From assembly GCA_003220315.1 (NCBI GenBank), contig QHSA01000133.1, positions 14,843 through 78,842 of the forward strand: a DNA stretch of 64,000 bases. Direction: 5' to 3'. The first letter of the stretch is position 1. Each line of letters begins with the position of its first letter. Source of the stretch: Candidatus Rokuibacteriota bacterium. Its GTDB lineage: Bacteria; Methylomirabilota; Methylomirabilia; Rokubacteriales; CSP1-6. Below the pieces are notes generated by a model. It was not told the DNA's origin and did not search any database. It saw only the letters and a program-made list of their open reading frames with translations. Both the position numbers and the translations under genes were made by a program. Of this stretch, positions 44,062-53,561 are shown in pieces.

Positions 44062-45006
44062 TCAGGCGAACAGGTCGGGAGGCGAGGAATCGGCCGCCGG
44101 GCTGAGCGGCCGTCCGAGGAGCCGCCTCAGCATGAGCGCGTTCCGGACCGGGTAGTCGCGGTTGTTGTTGTTGAAGGAGATGAAGACCTGCTCGGCCTCC
44201 TCTCCGATCCGCCCGATCTCGGGGACGAGCTCCCGGAGCTCCGCCTCGCTGTAGAGGTAGTCGTACTTCTCACGCACGGTCGGCTCCTCCCCTCGGAGCT
44301 GGCGGAGCCATCCCTCGGCGTTCCGCCCGTGCAGACGGAACACGGCGCTCGGCGCGGTCGCGGCCGTCACGCGCGGCACCGCGCCGGCGGCGACCGGCGC
44401 GTCGACGATCACGTGGGCGAGCCGCGCTCCAGCGAGCGCCGCGAGCGTCTCGGCCGCGTGCTCGGGGAACCACGAGCGATGGCGGAACTCGACCGCGATC
44501 GTGAAGCCCGGCAGGCGCTCAACGAGGGAGGCGAGGTAGTCGAGCCACGCGGCGCCGAAGCGAACCCACGGCGCGAACTGGAAGAGGACGTAGCCGAGCT
44601 TCCCCGCCTCGGCCAGCGGTGCCACGGCCGCGCGGAAGAGCCGCACCGCGGCGTCCACCGCCTCGGGCGGAAAGCTCGTGGCCTCGATCTCCCCGCGCCG
44701 CGTCCGCCGGGGCTGTCGGGGCAGGAGGGCCACGAGCTCCGCCGGGAGGCTCTCGGGCTTCGGGTGGTGCCCCGTCAGCAGCGCGTAGGCCTTGACGTGG
44801 AAGACGAACCCGGGGGGCGTGCGCTCGACCCAGCGGACGGTGTTGCGGACGTCGGGAATCGCGTAGTAAGAGCTGTTCACCTCGACGGTGTCGAAGACGC
44901 TCGCGTAATAGCGCAGGCGCGCCTCCGCCGACATGGACCGCCTCGGATAGAAGCCGCCGCTCTCGATGAGCGCAGGATCCGCCCAGGAGCAGATCCCGAC
45001 TCGCAC
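44062..45006 (-). CDS. DUF72 (YecE-like) family protein
   Basis: 314 aa; conserved DUF72 N-terminus (MRVGICSWADPALIESGGFYP...YYASVFDTVEVNSSYY). Confidence 0.85.
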   Translation of the reverse strand: MRVGICSWADPALIESGGFYPRRSMSAEARLRYYASVFDTVEVNSSYYAIPDVRNTVRWVERTPPGFVFHVKAYALLTGHHPKPESLPAELVALLPRQPRRTRRGEIEATSFPPEAVDAAVRLFRAAVAPLAEAGKLGYVLFQFAPWVRFGAAWLDYLASLVERLPGFTIAVEFRHRSWFPEHAAETLAALAGARLAHVIVDAPVAAGAVPRVTAATAPSAVFRLHGRNAEGWLRQLRGEEPTVREKYDYLYSEAELRELVPEIGRIGEEAEQVFISFNNNNRDYPVRNALMLRRLLGRPLSPAADSSPPDLFA

Positions 45007-45019
45007 GCGCTCGGTGGGG

Positions 45020-45568
45020 CTAGAGGATCTTTTCGTAGATGCCGGGTGAGATGACGCGGTAGACGTGGATCGGCTGCGAGACGTTCTTGAAGGTCTTCTC
45101 CCCGACGCTCTCGAGGACGAAGTGATGACGGATGCGCTCGGCCGTCGTCGGGTCGAGCGCCTGCGCGAAGAGCGGCCCGCTCATCGGCGCACCCGGCGCT
45201 CGTTGCATCTTCGAGATGTTCGCGAGGACCTCGGGCGCGAGGCCGGCCCTCCGTGCGACATCCCCCGCGGTGGCGAGGTCGGTGAACGCCTCGACGCCGT
45301 TGCGACGGTAGATGGTGAACCCTTCGACGAGCGACGAGGACTTGAGCTCCTGGATCATCGTGCGCGTGACGTCCGGACGCTCCTGCAGCATGGCGCCCTC
45401 GATGGACGCGACCACGGCCGTCGTGAGCCGGCGGGCCGCGATCTTGTTCTGGTCGATCAAGGCATCCGACTCGCGCCGGATCGTGACGATCGTCGAGGCG
45501 CCGAAGCCAAGGATGAGCACGATCACGATGAGCAGCCCGATCTTGATCGCGAGCCGGGAGCGGAACAT
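45020..45568 (-). CDS. Hypothetical membrane-anchored protein
   Basis: 182 aa; N-terminal TM helix; C-terminus GEKTFKNVSQPIHVYRV resembles the last strand of class III cyclase domains, but no cyclase core is present. Confidence 0.5.
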   Translation of the reverse strand: MFRSRLAIKIGLLIVIVLILGFGASTIVTIRRESDALIDQNKIAARRLTTAVVASIEGAMLQERPDVTRTMIQELKSSSLVEGFTIYRRNGVEAFTDLATAGDVARRAGLAPEVLANISKMQRAPGAPMSGPLFAQALDPTTAERIRHHFVLESVGEKTFKNVSQPIHVYRVISPGIYEKIL

Positions 45569-45578
45569 CGCGGAGCGG

Positions 45579-46064
45579 TCAGCGCTGCGCGGCCTGCGCG
45601 ATCGCCTGCGCGAGCTCGTCCGCCTCTTTCGGATCGAGCGGCCTGAGGCGCGCGAGCACCTCTCGCGCCTCCGCGAGCCGGCCCATCCGCACGTACGCCT
45701 CGCCGAGGTACTCGAGCGCCTGCGGGTACTGCGGGCGGAGTCGCAGCGCTTCCTGGTAGGCCTTCACGGATTCCTCGAACTTCCCCCGCTTCCGCAGCGC
45801 GTGGCCGAGCCCGTTCCACGCCTCTGGAAACGCGGGCCGGACCCGGGTCGCCTCGCGGTAGGCCTGCTCGGCTCCCGCCCAGTCGCTCTGGCGCGCGAGG
45901 GCCTGGCCCTGGTTGAAGTATGACTCGGCGGTGACGGCAGCGGGCTGGCCGGGTGCGGAGGCGTCGTCGTCGGGGTTCGCCGCGACCCCGGTCGCCAGGA
46001 GGAGCACGAGCGACACGAGGGCGAGACGCATGGCCGATCCTACCATGAAGGAGGCTCCGGTCAC
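45579..46064 (-). CDS. Secreted TPR-repeat protein
   Basis: Signal peptide followed by 3 TPR motifs (AEQAYREATRVRPAFPEAWNGLGHAL...); start could also be ATG 46031. Confidence 0.7.
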   Translation of the reverse strand: MTGASFMVGSAMRLALVSLVLLLATGVAANPDDDASAPGQPAAVTAESYFNQGQALARQSDWAGAEQAYREATRVRPAFPEAWNGLGHALRKRGKFEESVKAYQEALRLRPQYPQALEYLGEAYVRMGRLAEAREVLARLRPLDPKEADELAQAIAQAAQR

Positions 46065-46144
46065 GGACCGCCCGCCGCACCGACCCCGCGTGCGGCGCGC
46101 GCGGGGCGGCGCGCGCGGTCAGGGTCTGCTAGAATTCGTCTCCG

Positions 46145-46372
46145 ATGGCGCGAGCCGACAACTTCGAGGAGTTCGAGGCGACGAGCCTCTTCTGTCCGCG
46201 CTGCCGGCGCGCGACGCCGGTGCGCAAGAAGCTGCTCCTCGTCCTCCCGAGCGGCAACAAGTACGACTACGTCTGCGCCGAGTGCGGTGCGACGGTCGGT
46301 GGCAAGACGGACAACGACGCGAGCGCGTTTCACACGACGATCCCTCCCGCGTCGCCGCGCGATTTCCGGTAG
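46145..46372 (+). CDS. Small zinc-ribbon protein
   Basis: 75 aa; CPRC...CAEC four-Cys ribbon. Confidence 0.45.
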   Translation: MARADNFEEFEATSLFCPRCRRATPVRKKLLLVLPSGNKYDYVCAECGATVGGKTDNDASAFHTTIPPASPRDFR

Positions 46373-46462
46373 CAGCTAACTCCGCGCCAGATCAGTCGCG
46401 CAGGTCTCGGGTGTCAGCCCGTTGACACCGCCCGTTGTGGTCGTCGTCCTCATCTCAACATC

Positions 46463-46497
46463 CTGTTGCATAACACGACGCGTCTTGGCATACTCTC
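46463..46497 (+). promoter_or_regulatory. Candidate sigma70-type promoter (TTGCAT-17-CATACT) in a low-GC island upstream of the transglycosylase gene
   Basis: ~200-bp region of ~50% GC versus ~70% overall. Also contains TTGACA at 46423 and a perfect SD (AAGGAGG) 7 nt before ATG 46576. Confidence 0.35.
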
Positions 46498-46575
46498 TCA
46501 ACTTCATTCTTCTTTTTTCCTTCCCGCGTCCATCGAACAGCGGACTCCGTAGTTGAAATAGTAAGGAGGAACCGT

Positions 46576-47223
46576 ATGAGTAGGTACGGCAAGGCGGTTC
46601 TCGTTTTGGCGTTCGCGCTCACCGTCGCGGTGGGTGGGCTCATCCTCACGCGCCAAGTCATCGCCGTCGCAGGAGAAGCCGACGCCGAGCGGCTCAGCCG
46701 CGCGGTGCTCGAGTACATCGCCGAGAAGAACCCGCAGGCGCCGATCAAGGCGTTTCAAAAGTTTCCCGAGGTGCTCATCGCCGAAGCCCAGCGCGCGAAC
46801 ATCGACCACTGCCTGGTGCTCGCGCAGGCGGAGGTCGAGTCCGAGTTCCGTCACGATGCGGTCGGCCGGGCCGGAGAGGTCGGCCTGTTCCAGATGCTGC
46901 CGTCCACGGCGGTGCTCTTCGAATCGACCGTCGGTCCCTTCCGGCGCCCGGTGCTCAAGGGCCAGCGCGATCTCGGCGACCTCGCCGACCCGCGGGTCAG
47001 CGCGCGCTTCGCGTTGGCCTACCTCCGCGACATCATGAGCCGCAAGCCGAACATCAAGGACGCACTCACCGAGTACAACGGGGGTCCTGCGGGCCGTCAC
47101 CCGCACTACTATCGGATGGTCATGGGCGCGTACGTCGAGATTCTGGAGCGGAGTGAGCTGCGGTGCCGCCTGCAGCCCGCGCCGAAACGGCTCCCGGTCC
47201 TCGCGTTCCTGACTCGCGTCTGA
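46576..47223 (+). CDS. Lytic transglycosylase (SLT domain) protein, membrane-anchored
   Basis: SLT catalytic motifs (AQAEVESEF...GLFQMLPSTA); N-terminal TM helix. Confidence 0.8.
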   Translation: MSRYGKAVLVLAFALTVAVGGLILTRQVIAVAGEADAERLSRAVLEYIAEKNPQAPIKAFQKFPEVLIAEAQRANIDHCLVLAQAEVESEFRHDAVGRAGEVGLFQMLPSTAVLFESTVGPFRRPVLKGQRDLGDLADPRVSARFALAYLRDIMSRKPNIKDALTEYNGGPAGRHPHYYRMVMGAYVEILERSELRCRLQPAPKRLPVLAFLTRV

Positions 47224-47276
47224 TCCGTGCCGCGGCCCCCGGACGCGCGTGATCGGGGAGCGCTCGCGCCCGCCGT

Positions 47277-47640
47277 CTACGTGCGGCTGGCGCTCGTGAT
47301 GAAGACGAAGCCGGCGCGGCCGGTCGCGAGCACCCGACTGCTCGAGAACTCTTCGATCCGTCCCTCGCCGTCCGCGTAGCGACCGTGATCGGCGACGAGC
47401 CGGGCGCGGCCGACGTCGCGACGATCCCTCCATGGGCCGTGCCCGGCGGGCCCCCGTACTGGCGGCTGACGATGCTGGGCGAGACGCCGCCGTCGTCCTT
47501 GAAGGACCGGACGCGAAGTCCGACCGGGTGGCCCGGTCCGCAGCCGAAGCAGTGATAATAGAGGTCGGCGGGCGTGCGGTGAAACGCTGCGCCTCGAGCC
47601 CGGCGAGTCGCTCGCGGACGACGCGGAGATCGGTGAGCGC
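47277..47640 (-). pseudogene. Hotdog-fold (PaaI-type) thioesterase remnant: frameshifted and internally deleted
   Basis: One frame encodes ...DLYYHCFGCGPGHPVGLRVRSFKDDG...GTAHGGIVAT (HGG motif). A -1 frame continues with GRARLVADHGRYADGEGRIEEFSSSRVLATGRAGFVFI-TAG (stop 47277-47279). About 20-50 residues between the two pieces are missing; no start codon is present. Confidence 0.45.
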
Positions 47641-47686
47641 CGTACGGCCGAGCCGCAGAGACGCTCCCGGCCTGGAGGGAGGAGAA

Positions 47687-48109
47687 ATGCGAACCCGACG
47701 GTCCCTGACGCTCGTTCTCGCCGGTCTGCTGGCGCTTGGCGGGTGCGCCTCGAGCCAGTCGCCAGTGCTCTACCCCAACGAGAAGCTGAAGCAGGCCGGC
47801 CGGGAGCAGGCCGACCGCGAGATCACGGAATGCCGCAAGCTCGCGGACGCCTACGTGCAGAGCACCGCCGGCAAGGACGTCGCCAAGGGTGCGGCCGTCG
47901 GCGGAGCGGCGGGCGCGGCGATCGGCGCCGTCGGTGGCGCGGTCAGCGGCCGCGGTGCCGGAACCGGGGCGGCGGTCGGGGCCGCGACCGGTGCGACGGC
48001 GGGCGCCGCCCACGGCGTCGTCAAGCAGACGGCGCCGAGCCCGGTCTACAAGGCCTACGTAAACCGCTGCCTGCGGGAGCGGGGCTACGAAGTCATCGGC
48101 TGGCAGTAG
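47687..48109 (+). CDS. Glycine-zipper lipoprotein (SlyB/YMGG-like)
   Basis: Lipobox LALGGC followed by a Gly/Ala zipper (GAAVGGAAGAAIGAVGGAVSG); SD GGAGGGAGGAG upstream. Confidence 0.7.
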   Translation: MRTRRSLTLVLAGLLALGGCASSQSPVLYPNEKLKQAGREQADREITECRKLADAYVQSTAGKDVAKGAAVGGAAGAAIGAVGGAVSGRGAGTGAAVGAATGATAGAAHGVVKQTAPSPVYKAYVNRCLRERGYEVIGWQ

Positions 48110-48112
48110 GCG

Positions 48113-48394
48113 CTACGCCAGGACCGCGTCGATCTTGCGCGCGAGCGCAAAGTCCTTGGCGGTGAGACCGCCCGCCGAGTGCGTCCAGAGGGAGAGCGTG
48201 ACCGCGTTCCCGTGGATCGCGATGTCCGGGTGATGTCCGGCGCTCTCCGCGAACGCCGCGACGGCGTTGACGAAGAACATCGCGTCTTTGAAGCTCTGGA
48301 ACCGGTACGTGCGATCGATCGTCTTGCCCACCCGCGTCCAGTCCGGCGTCCGCTCGAGCTCGGCCACGACCGCCGCATCGCCCAGGAGGGTCAT
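48113..48394 (-). CDS. Pterin-4a-carbinolamine dehydratase
   Basis: 93 aa; HHPD...THS motifs (ESAGHHPDIAIHGNAVTLSLWTHSAGGLT); ATGA overlap with the upstream HD gene. Confidence 0.85.
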   Translation of the reverse strand: MTLLGDAAVVAELERTPDWTRVGKTIDRTYRFQSFKDAMFFVNAVAAFAESAGHHPDIAIHGNAVTLSLWTHSAGGLTAKDFALARKIDAVLA

Positions 48395-48957
48395 CGGTCG
48401 AACCAGCACCGGATCAGCGGCGCCCACGCGCTGAGGGGGCGGGCGGCTTTGCCGACCGCCTTCGCGTCGTCGTCCCAGCGCCTGAGGGCGAGCGCGGCGG
48501 CGAGCCACGGATGCCCGGCGAGCCGCGCGATCTCCGCGGCCGCCATGACCCCGCCCTGGAGCCGCAGCGTGTGCCGCGAGCCCGCGGAGAGCCGGCCGAA
48601 GTAGTCGGGCTCGGTCGCGCACAGGTAGCGTTTGGCGTCGGCGTGCATGCGCACGCACCACGCGACGCGCTCGGGCACCCACGGCGCGATCAGCTCGGCA
48701 CCGACCTCGTGGTGCCCACGGGCGTCCGGTCCCGCGCGCGTCGGCTCGGTGGCGTCGGAGACGAGCGATTGATCCACGGCATAGCGGCCGACGTCGTGCA
48801 GGAGGCACGCGAGCTGGAGCTCGTCGTCGGCGCCCGCGTCCCACGCGAGCTCGGCGCACTGGAGGGCGTGCTCCAGCTCCGACACGGCCTCGCCTCCATA
48901 GCCGCGCGCCGCGGCGCGCGCCATGGCGTCGAGCAGCCGGTCGGCCATCGTGCTCAC
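48391..48957 (-). CDS. HD-domain phosphohydrolase
   Basis: LQCAELA...LLHDVGRY HD motif; ATGA overlap with the NHL gene. Confidence 0.75.
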   Translation of the reverse strand: MSTMADRLLDAMARAAARGYGGEAVSELEHALQCAELAWDAGADDELQLACLLHDVGRYAVDQSLVSDATEPTRAGPDARGHHEVGAELIAPWVPERVAWCVRMHADAKRYLCATEPDYFGRLSAGSRHTLRLQGGVMAAAEIARLAGHPWLAAALALRRWDDDAKAVGKAARPLSAWAPLIRCWFDR

Positions 48958-49877
48958 ACGCGGATGAACTTCTGCAGCGAGCGGATCTCGCGCGGCGGCG
49001 TCTCGTTCCTCCCCTGCGCGGTCCAGGACACCTCGGCCACGTAGAGCGCGCCGCGCGAGTCGACGGCGCAGCCGTGCGGCGCCACGAACTCACCCGGCTT
49101 CTCGCCCGCGAAGGGGCCACCGAGCCGCCCCACCAGATCGCCCTTGAGGGTGAGGATGCTCACGCGCGCGCCGAGGTTCGGCACCTGAGCGTTCACGGCG
49201 AGGTGCGTCGGCAGCTCGCCGACGTAGAGCAGCCCGCCGTCGCGTCGCTCCGCGAAGAGCCCGCACGGGCGATGCAGGTTGCTGAGCTGCGCGAGGTACT
49301 GCCCCTTCCCGTCGAAGACCTGCACGCGGTGATTCTCGCGATCGGCGACATACACCAGGCCGTCCGCGTCGGTGGCGAGGTTGTGCGGGACGTTGAAGCA
49401 GCCGGGGTCGGTGCCCGGCGCGCCCCACGAGTGGAGGTGCCGGCCCGTGGGGTCGTACTTGTGCACGCGCGAGTTGCCGTAGCCGTCGGAGACGTAGACG
49501 TCGCCGCTCTTCGGGCAGAGCGCCACGTGGGTCGGCCGGTTGAACGGCTTGCCGCCCTGGAGCGTGGACGGGGTGTCGGGATCACCGATCGTCAGCAGCA
49601 GCTTCCCCGCGGCGGTGAACTGGCGGATCGTGTGGTGCAGATCGTCCGTCAGCCAGAGCGTGTCGTTCGGGCCGATCGTGATCCCGTGCGGCCGGCGGAA
49701 GATCCCCTCGCCCCACGAGCGGAGGAAGTTCCCGTCCCGGTCGAAGACGATGACCGGGTGCGCGCCGCGGTTGAAGACGTAGACGTTGTCTGCCGCGTCG
49801 ACGGCCACGCTCGTGGCCTCGACGTAGGACCACCCCTCGGGCAGCCTGCCCCACCCCGCCACCGGACGGTAGTTCAT
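48954..49877 (-). CDS. NHL-repeat beta-propeller protein
   Basis: Repeated ...VYV(S/A)D... blades (six-bladed NHL type). Confidence 0.75.
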   Translation of the reverse strand: MNYRPVAGWGRLPEGWSYVEATSVAVDAADNVYVFNRGAHPVIVFDRDGNFLRSWGEGIFRRPHGITIGPNDTLWLTDDLHHTIRQFTAAGKLLLTIGDPDTPSTLQGGKPFNRPTHVALCPKSGDVYVSDGYGNSRVHKYDPTGRHLHSWGAPGTDPGCFNVPHNLATDADGLVYVADRENHRVQVFDGKGQYLAQLSNLHRPCGLFAERRDGGLLYVGELPTHLAVNAQVPNLGARVSILTLKGDLVGRLGGPFAGEKPGEFVAPHGCAVDSRGALYVAEVSWTAQGRNETPPREIRSLQKFIRV

Positions 49878-49983
49878 GACCGACCCTCCCCCGCTCGGAG
49901 CCCCATACTGCCACAAGCGGACCACACGGGCCATCGCCGGACGGAGCCGGAGTCACGCCGTCCGCTCGCGTAGAATATCCGGG

Positions 49984-52900
49984 ATGCGGTGCCCCGCGTG
50001 TCGAACCGAGAACCGCCCCGGCGTGAGGTTCTGCGAGGAGTGCGGCGCGACGCTCGACGTGCTGTGTCCCGCGTGCGGCGCCGGCGTCCCGACGGGAAAG
50101 AAATTCTGCGGCGCGTGCGGCGCCCCGCTCGCCGCCGCCGTCCCCCCGGCGCCCGCCGTGGCGTCCCCGCGGTTCGAGTCGCCGCGTGCGTACACCCCCG
50201 CGCATCTCGCGGCGCGGATCCTGAAGGACCGCGCGGCGCTCTCGGGGGAGCGCAAGCAGGTCAGCGTGCTCTTCGCCGACGTCTCCGGCTTCACGTCCAT
50301 CTCCGAGCGCCTCGACCCCGAGGAAGTCCACGCGCTCATCAACCGCGCGTTCGAGCTGATGCTGGCCGAGATCCACCGCTACGAGGGCACGGTCAACCAG
50401 TTCCTGGGGGACGGACTCATGGCGCTCTTCGGCGCACCGATCGCGCACGAGGACCATGCCCAGCGCGCCGCTCACGCCGCGCTCGCCATGCAGCAGACGC
50501 TTTCGCGCTACCGCGACGAGCTCCAGGCGACGCGCGCGATCGACTTCCGCGTCCGCCTGGGCCTCAACACGGGGCTCGTCGTCGTGGGCGCCATCGGCGA
50601 TAACCTCAGGATGGACTACACGGCGGTCGGGGACACGACGAACACGGCGGCCCGGATGCAGCAACTCGCCGAGCCCGGCGCGATCGTGGTGGCCGAGGCC
50701 AGCCAGAAGCTGATCGCGCCGTACTTCGCCACGCGGGCGCTCGGCGCAGTCCCCGTGAAGGGCAAGAGCCAACCCGTGGCCGCGTACGAGCTCCTCAAGG
50801 CGCTCGAGGGGGTCACGCGTCTCGACGCCCGCGCGGCACGCGGCCTGTCGCCGTTCGTCGGGCGTGACGACGCGCTCGAGACCCTGGCGCGCGCCTGGGC
50901 GCAGGTCCGGAGCGGCCGCGGGCAGGCCGTTTTCGTCCTCGGCGACGCGGGCATCGGCAAGTCGCGGCTCCTCTTCGAGTTCCGGCGGCGAATCGGGGAC
51001 ACGGTGACGTGGATCGAGGGCGACTGTATCTCGTTCGGGCAGTCGATCCCGTTCCTCCCGATCGTCCAGATGCTCAAGCGGAACTTCGGTATCGAGGATC
51101 ACGACTCCGAAGAGCGGATCGTCGCCCGGGTCCATCACGGCGTCGCGTTCCTCGGCGAGGAGGCCGCGAGCGTCGAGGCCCTGCTGCGGTACCTCCTCGC
51201 CGTCGATCCGGGCGATCCGGCCGTCGCCGCGCTGGACCCGGTGCAGCGGCGTGCCCGCGTCGTCACCGCGATCCACCGGCTGACCGCGACGGGCAGCCGC
51301 CGGCGCCCGATCGTGCTCGTCGTGGAGGACGCGCACTGGATCGACGGCGCCTCGGAGGACTTCCTGAAGTCCCTGACGGAGAATCTGCCCGGCATGGCGG
51401 TGCTGCTGATCGTCACGTATCGCCCGGTCTACGCGCAACCGTTCGGCGATCGCACCTACTACTGGCGCATCGGGCTTCAACCGGTCGATGAGGGCGCCGC
51501 GACGCACATCGTGCGCGCGACGCTCGGCGTCGCGGAGCTCCCGCGCGAGCTGGCCGTCACCATCGCGGGCAAGGCGGAAGGCAATCCGTTCTTCCTCGAG
51601 GAGATCGGCCGCACCCTCGAGGAGACGGGCGCGGTCCGGGTCGAGAATGGCCGGCTCGTGCTGGCGCAGGCGGCGTCGACGATCACCGTGCCCGAGACCG
51701 TGCAGGACGTGATCGCCGCGCGCCTGGACCGACTCGCGGACTCGCAGAAGCGGACCGTGCAGACGGCGTCCGTCATCGGCCGCGAGTTCGCGCTGGCGCT
51801 CCTCAAACGCGTCTCCGATCTCCAAGAGCAGCTCGAGCAGAGCTTGAGCGAGCTCAAGCGAATCGAGTTGATCTACCAGAAGGGCGGCTTCGGCGAGCTC
51901 GAGTACGTCTTCAAGCACGCGCTGACCCAGGACGTCGCCTACGCCTCGCTGCTCCAGTCCGAGCGGCGTCGCTTGCACGCGCTGATCGGTGCGGCGATCG
52001 AGGAGGTCTACGCCGGTCGCCTCGAGGAGCGGACCGAGGAGCTCGTCTACCACTTCACCCGCGGCGAGGTCTGGGACAAGGTCGTCCGGCACGCGCGGGT
52101 GGCCGCCGAGCGCGCGGCGGCGCTCTGCGTGGACGACAAGGCCGTCGAGTTCTACGAGATCGCCCTCGAGGCGCTGCGGCAGGCGGCAGAGACGCCGGAG
52201 ACGGCGCGGGCCGGCATCGACCTCCGCCTGGCCATGCGAGCGCCGCTCTGGCGGGCCGGACGACTCGATCCGCTGTATGAACGGTTCCGGGAGGCGGAAG
52301 ACCTCGCCACACGGCACGGCGTGGCGGAGGTCCTGGACACGATCTACGCCTATCTCGTCCAGTATCACTGGGCCAAGGGCAACCCCGACGAGGCCTTGAC
52401 GTACGGGCGGCGCTGCCTCGAGCGGGCCGCGGCGCGAGACGATCTGGGGCTCGCGGTCACCGGGCACTACTACCTCAGCCGCACCTACCAGACGGTGGGG
52501 CGACACCGCGAAGCCGTCGGTGAAGCCGAGGCGCTGCTGTCCCTGCTCGCCGGCCGGGAGCACGAACGGTTCGGGTTGTCCGGTCTACCCTTCTCCGGCG
52601 CCTGCGCCCTGGCGGCCTTCTCCCTCGCCGAGCTCGGGGACACCACCGGAGCCCTGGCGATGATCGAGCGAGGGAGGGCGGCCGTCGACGCGGCCGGGCA
52701 CCAGTACAGCGCGGCCGTCATCGACGTCAATCACGCGTTCGTCCTCGCGCGGGCTGGCCGTCTCGAGGAGGCGGTTCGGATCGGCGAGTCGGTGGTCGCC
52801 ACCTGCCAGGAGAAGAAATTCGCCGGTCAGTTCATGCTGGGCGCCTGCGCGTTGGCGCACGCGTACGCGGCGCTCGGCCGCGGGCGGGAGGCGGCCGCGC

Positions 52901-53229
52901 TGGCGGGCGCGGCGATCGAGCGGCAAGACACGGCGCAGGCCTTCTCCGACCGCGCGTGGATGCACTCCACCAAGGCGCTCGGGCACGTCGCAGCGGGCGA
53001 ACTGGACGAGGCCGCCCGCGACGTGGCGCGCGGACTCGAGTTCGCCGAGCGTCACCGCGAGCGCGGCTGGGAGGCGTGGACGCGCTACGTCGCCGGACTC
53101 ATCGCCGAGCGGCGTGGTGATCGTGCCGGCGCCGCGCGCGACGTCGACGAGGCACAGGAGATCGCGGAAGAGCTCGGGATGCGGCCCCTCCTCGAGCGCT
53201 GTCGCGCGGCGCTCGCGAAGCTCGGCTGA
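49984..53229 (+). CDS. Multidomain adenylate/guanylate cyclase: double zinc-ribbon, class III cyclase (CHD), AAA/STAND ATPase and TPR domains
   Basis: N-terminal CPACRTENRPGVRFCEECGA / CPACGAGVPTGKKFCGACGA ribbons. CHD motifs (VLFADVSGFT, FLGDGLMALFGAP, VGDTTNTAARM, LGAVPVKGKSQPVAAYEL). Walker A GDAGIGKS and Walker B LVVEDAHW. Long C-terminal TPR/helical region. Confidence 0.85.
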   Translation: MRCPACRTENRPGVRFCEECGATLDVLCPACGAGVPTGKKFCGACGAPLAAAVPPAPAVASPRFESPRAYTPAHLAARILKDRAALSGERKQVSVLFADVSGFTSISERLDPEEVHALINRAFELMLAEIHRYEGTVNQFLGDGLMALFGAPIAHEDHAQRAAHAALAMQQTLSRYRDELQATRAIDFRVRLGLNTGLVVVGAIGDNLRMDYTAVGDTTNTAARMQQLAEPGAIVVAEASQKLIAPYFATRALGAVPVKGKSQPVAAYELLKALEGVTRLDARAARGLSPFVGRDDALETLARAWAQVRSGRGQAVFVLGDAGIGKSRLLFEFRRRIGDTVTWIEGDCISFGQSIPFLPIVQMLKRNFGIEDHDSEERIVARVHHGVAFLGEEAASVEALLRYLLAVDPGDPAVAALDPVQRRARVVTAIHRLTATGSRRRPIVLVVEDAHWIDGASEDFLKSLTENLPGMAVLLIVTYRPVYAQPFGDRTYYWRIGLQPVDEGAATHIVRATLGVAELPRELAVTIAGKAEGNPFFLEEIGRTLEETGAVRVENGRLVLAQAASTITVPETVQDVIAARLDRLADSQKRTVQTASVIGREFALALLKRVSDLQEQLEQSLSELKRIELIYQKGGFGELEYVFKHALTQDVAYASLLQSERRRLHALIGAAIEEVYAGRLEERTEELVYHFTRGEVWDKVVRHARVAAERAAALCVDDKAVEFYEIALEALRQAAETPETARAGIDLRLAMRAPLWRAGRLDPLYERFREAEDLATRHGVAEVLDTIYAYLVQYHWAKGNPDEALTYGRRCLERAAARDDLGLAVTGHYYLSRTYQTVGRHREAVGEAEALLSLLAGREHERFGLSGLPFSGACALAAFSLAELGDTTGALAMIERGRAAVDAAGHQYSAAVIDVNHAFVLARAGRLEEAVRIGESVVATCQEKKFAGQFMLGACALAHAYAALGRGREAAALAGAAIERQDTAQAFSDRAWMHSTKALGHVAAGELDEAARDVARGLEFAERHRERGWEAWTRYVAGLIAERRGDRAGAARDVDEAQEIAEELGMRPLLERCRAALAKLG

Positions 53230-53242
53230 GCTCGGACGGAGC

Positions 53243-53551
53243 CTACTTCCCGTACGCCGTCGACAGGTACCGGACGATCGCCTTCGCGTCCTCGTCGCTG
53301 ATCGAGGCGCCGAAGACCTTGATCATCTTCGTGACGACCGCTTCCCACTGCTTCGCGTCGCCCCGTGGCTGCATCACGATGTAGTCCGTCGAGTGGCACG
53401 AGCGGCACGCGCGCTGCGCCACCTCGACCCCCGGGCCGGGCGTGAGATCCCCGTACGCGTGGTCCGGCGGGAGCGTGATCGCCTTGGTCTGCGCCGCGGC
53501 CGTGAGCGGGAGCGCCGTCACGAGCGCCGCGAGGACGAGCGTGCGTCGCAT
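53243..53551 (-). CDS. Monoheme cytochrome c (SorB-like)
   Basis: Signal peptide; haem-binding CRSCH motif; immediately downstream of the molybdoenzyme gene. Confidence 0.7.
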   Translation of the reverse strand: MRRTLVLAALVTALPLTAAAQTKAITLPPDHAYGDLTPGPGVEVAQRACRSCHSTDYIVMQPRGDAKQWEAVVTKMIKVFGASISDEDAKAIVRYLSTAYGK

Positions 53552-53561
53552 GGCGCGCCTC

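Noticed and set aside
45020-45568. 182-aa membrane protein as a truncated adenylate cyclase
   Set aside because: Only the C-terminal ~20 residues resemble the last strand of a cyclase domain; the catalytic core is absent, so it is called hypothetical.
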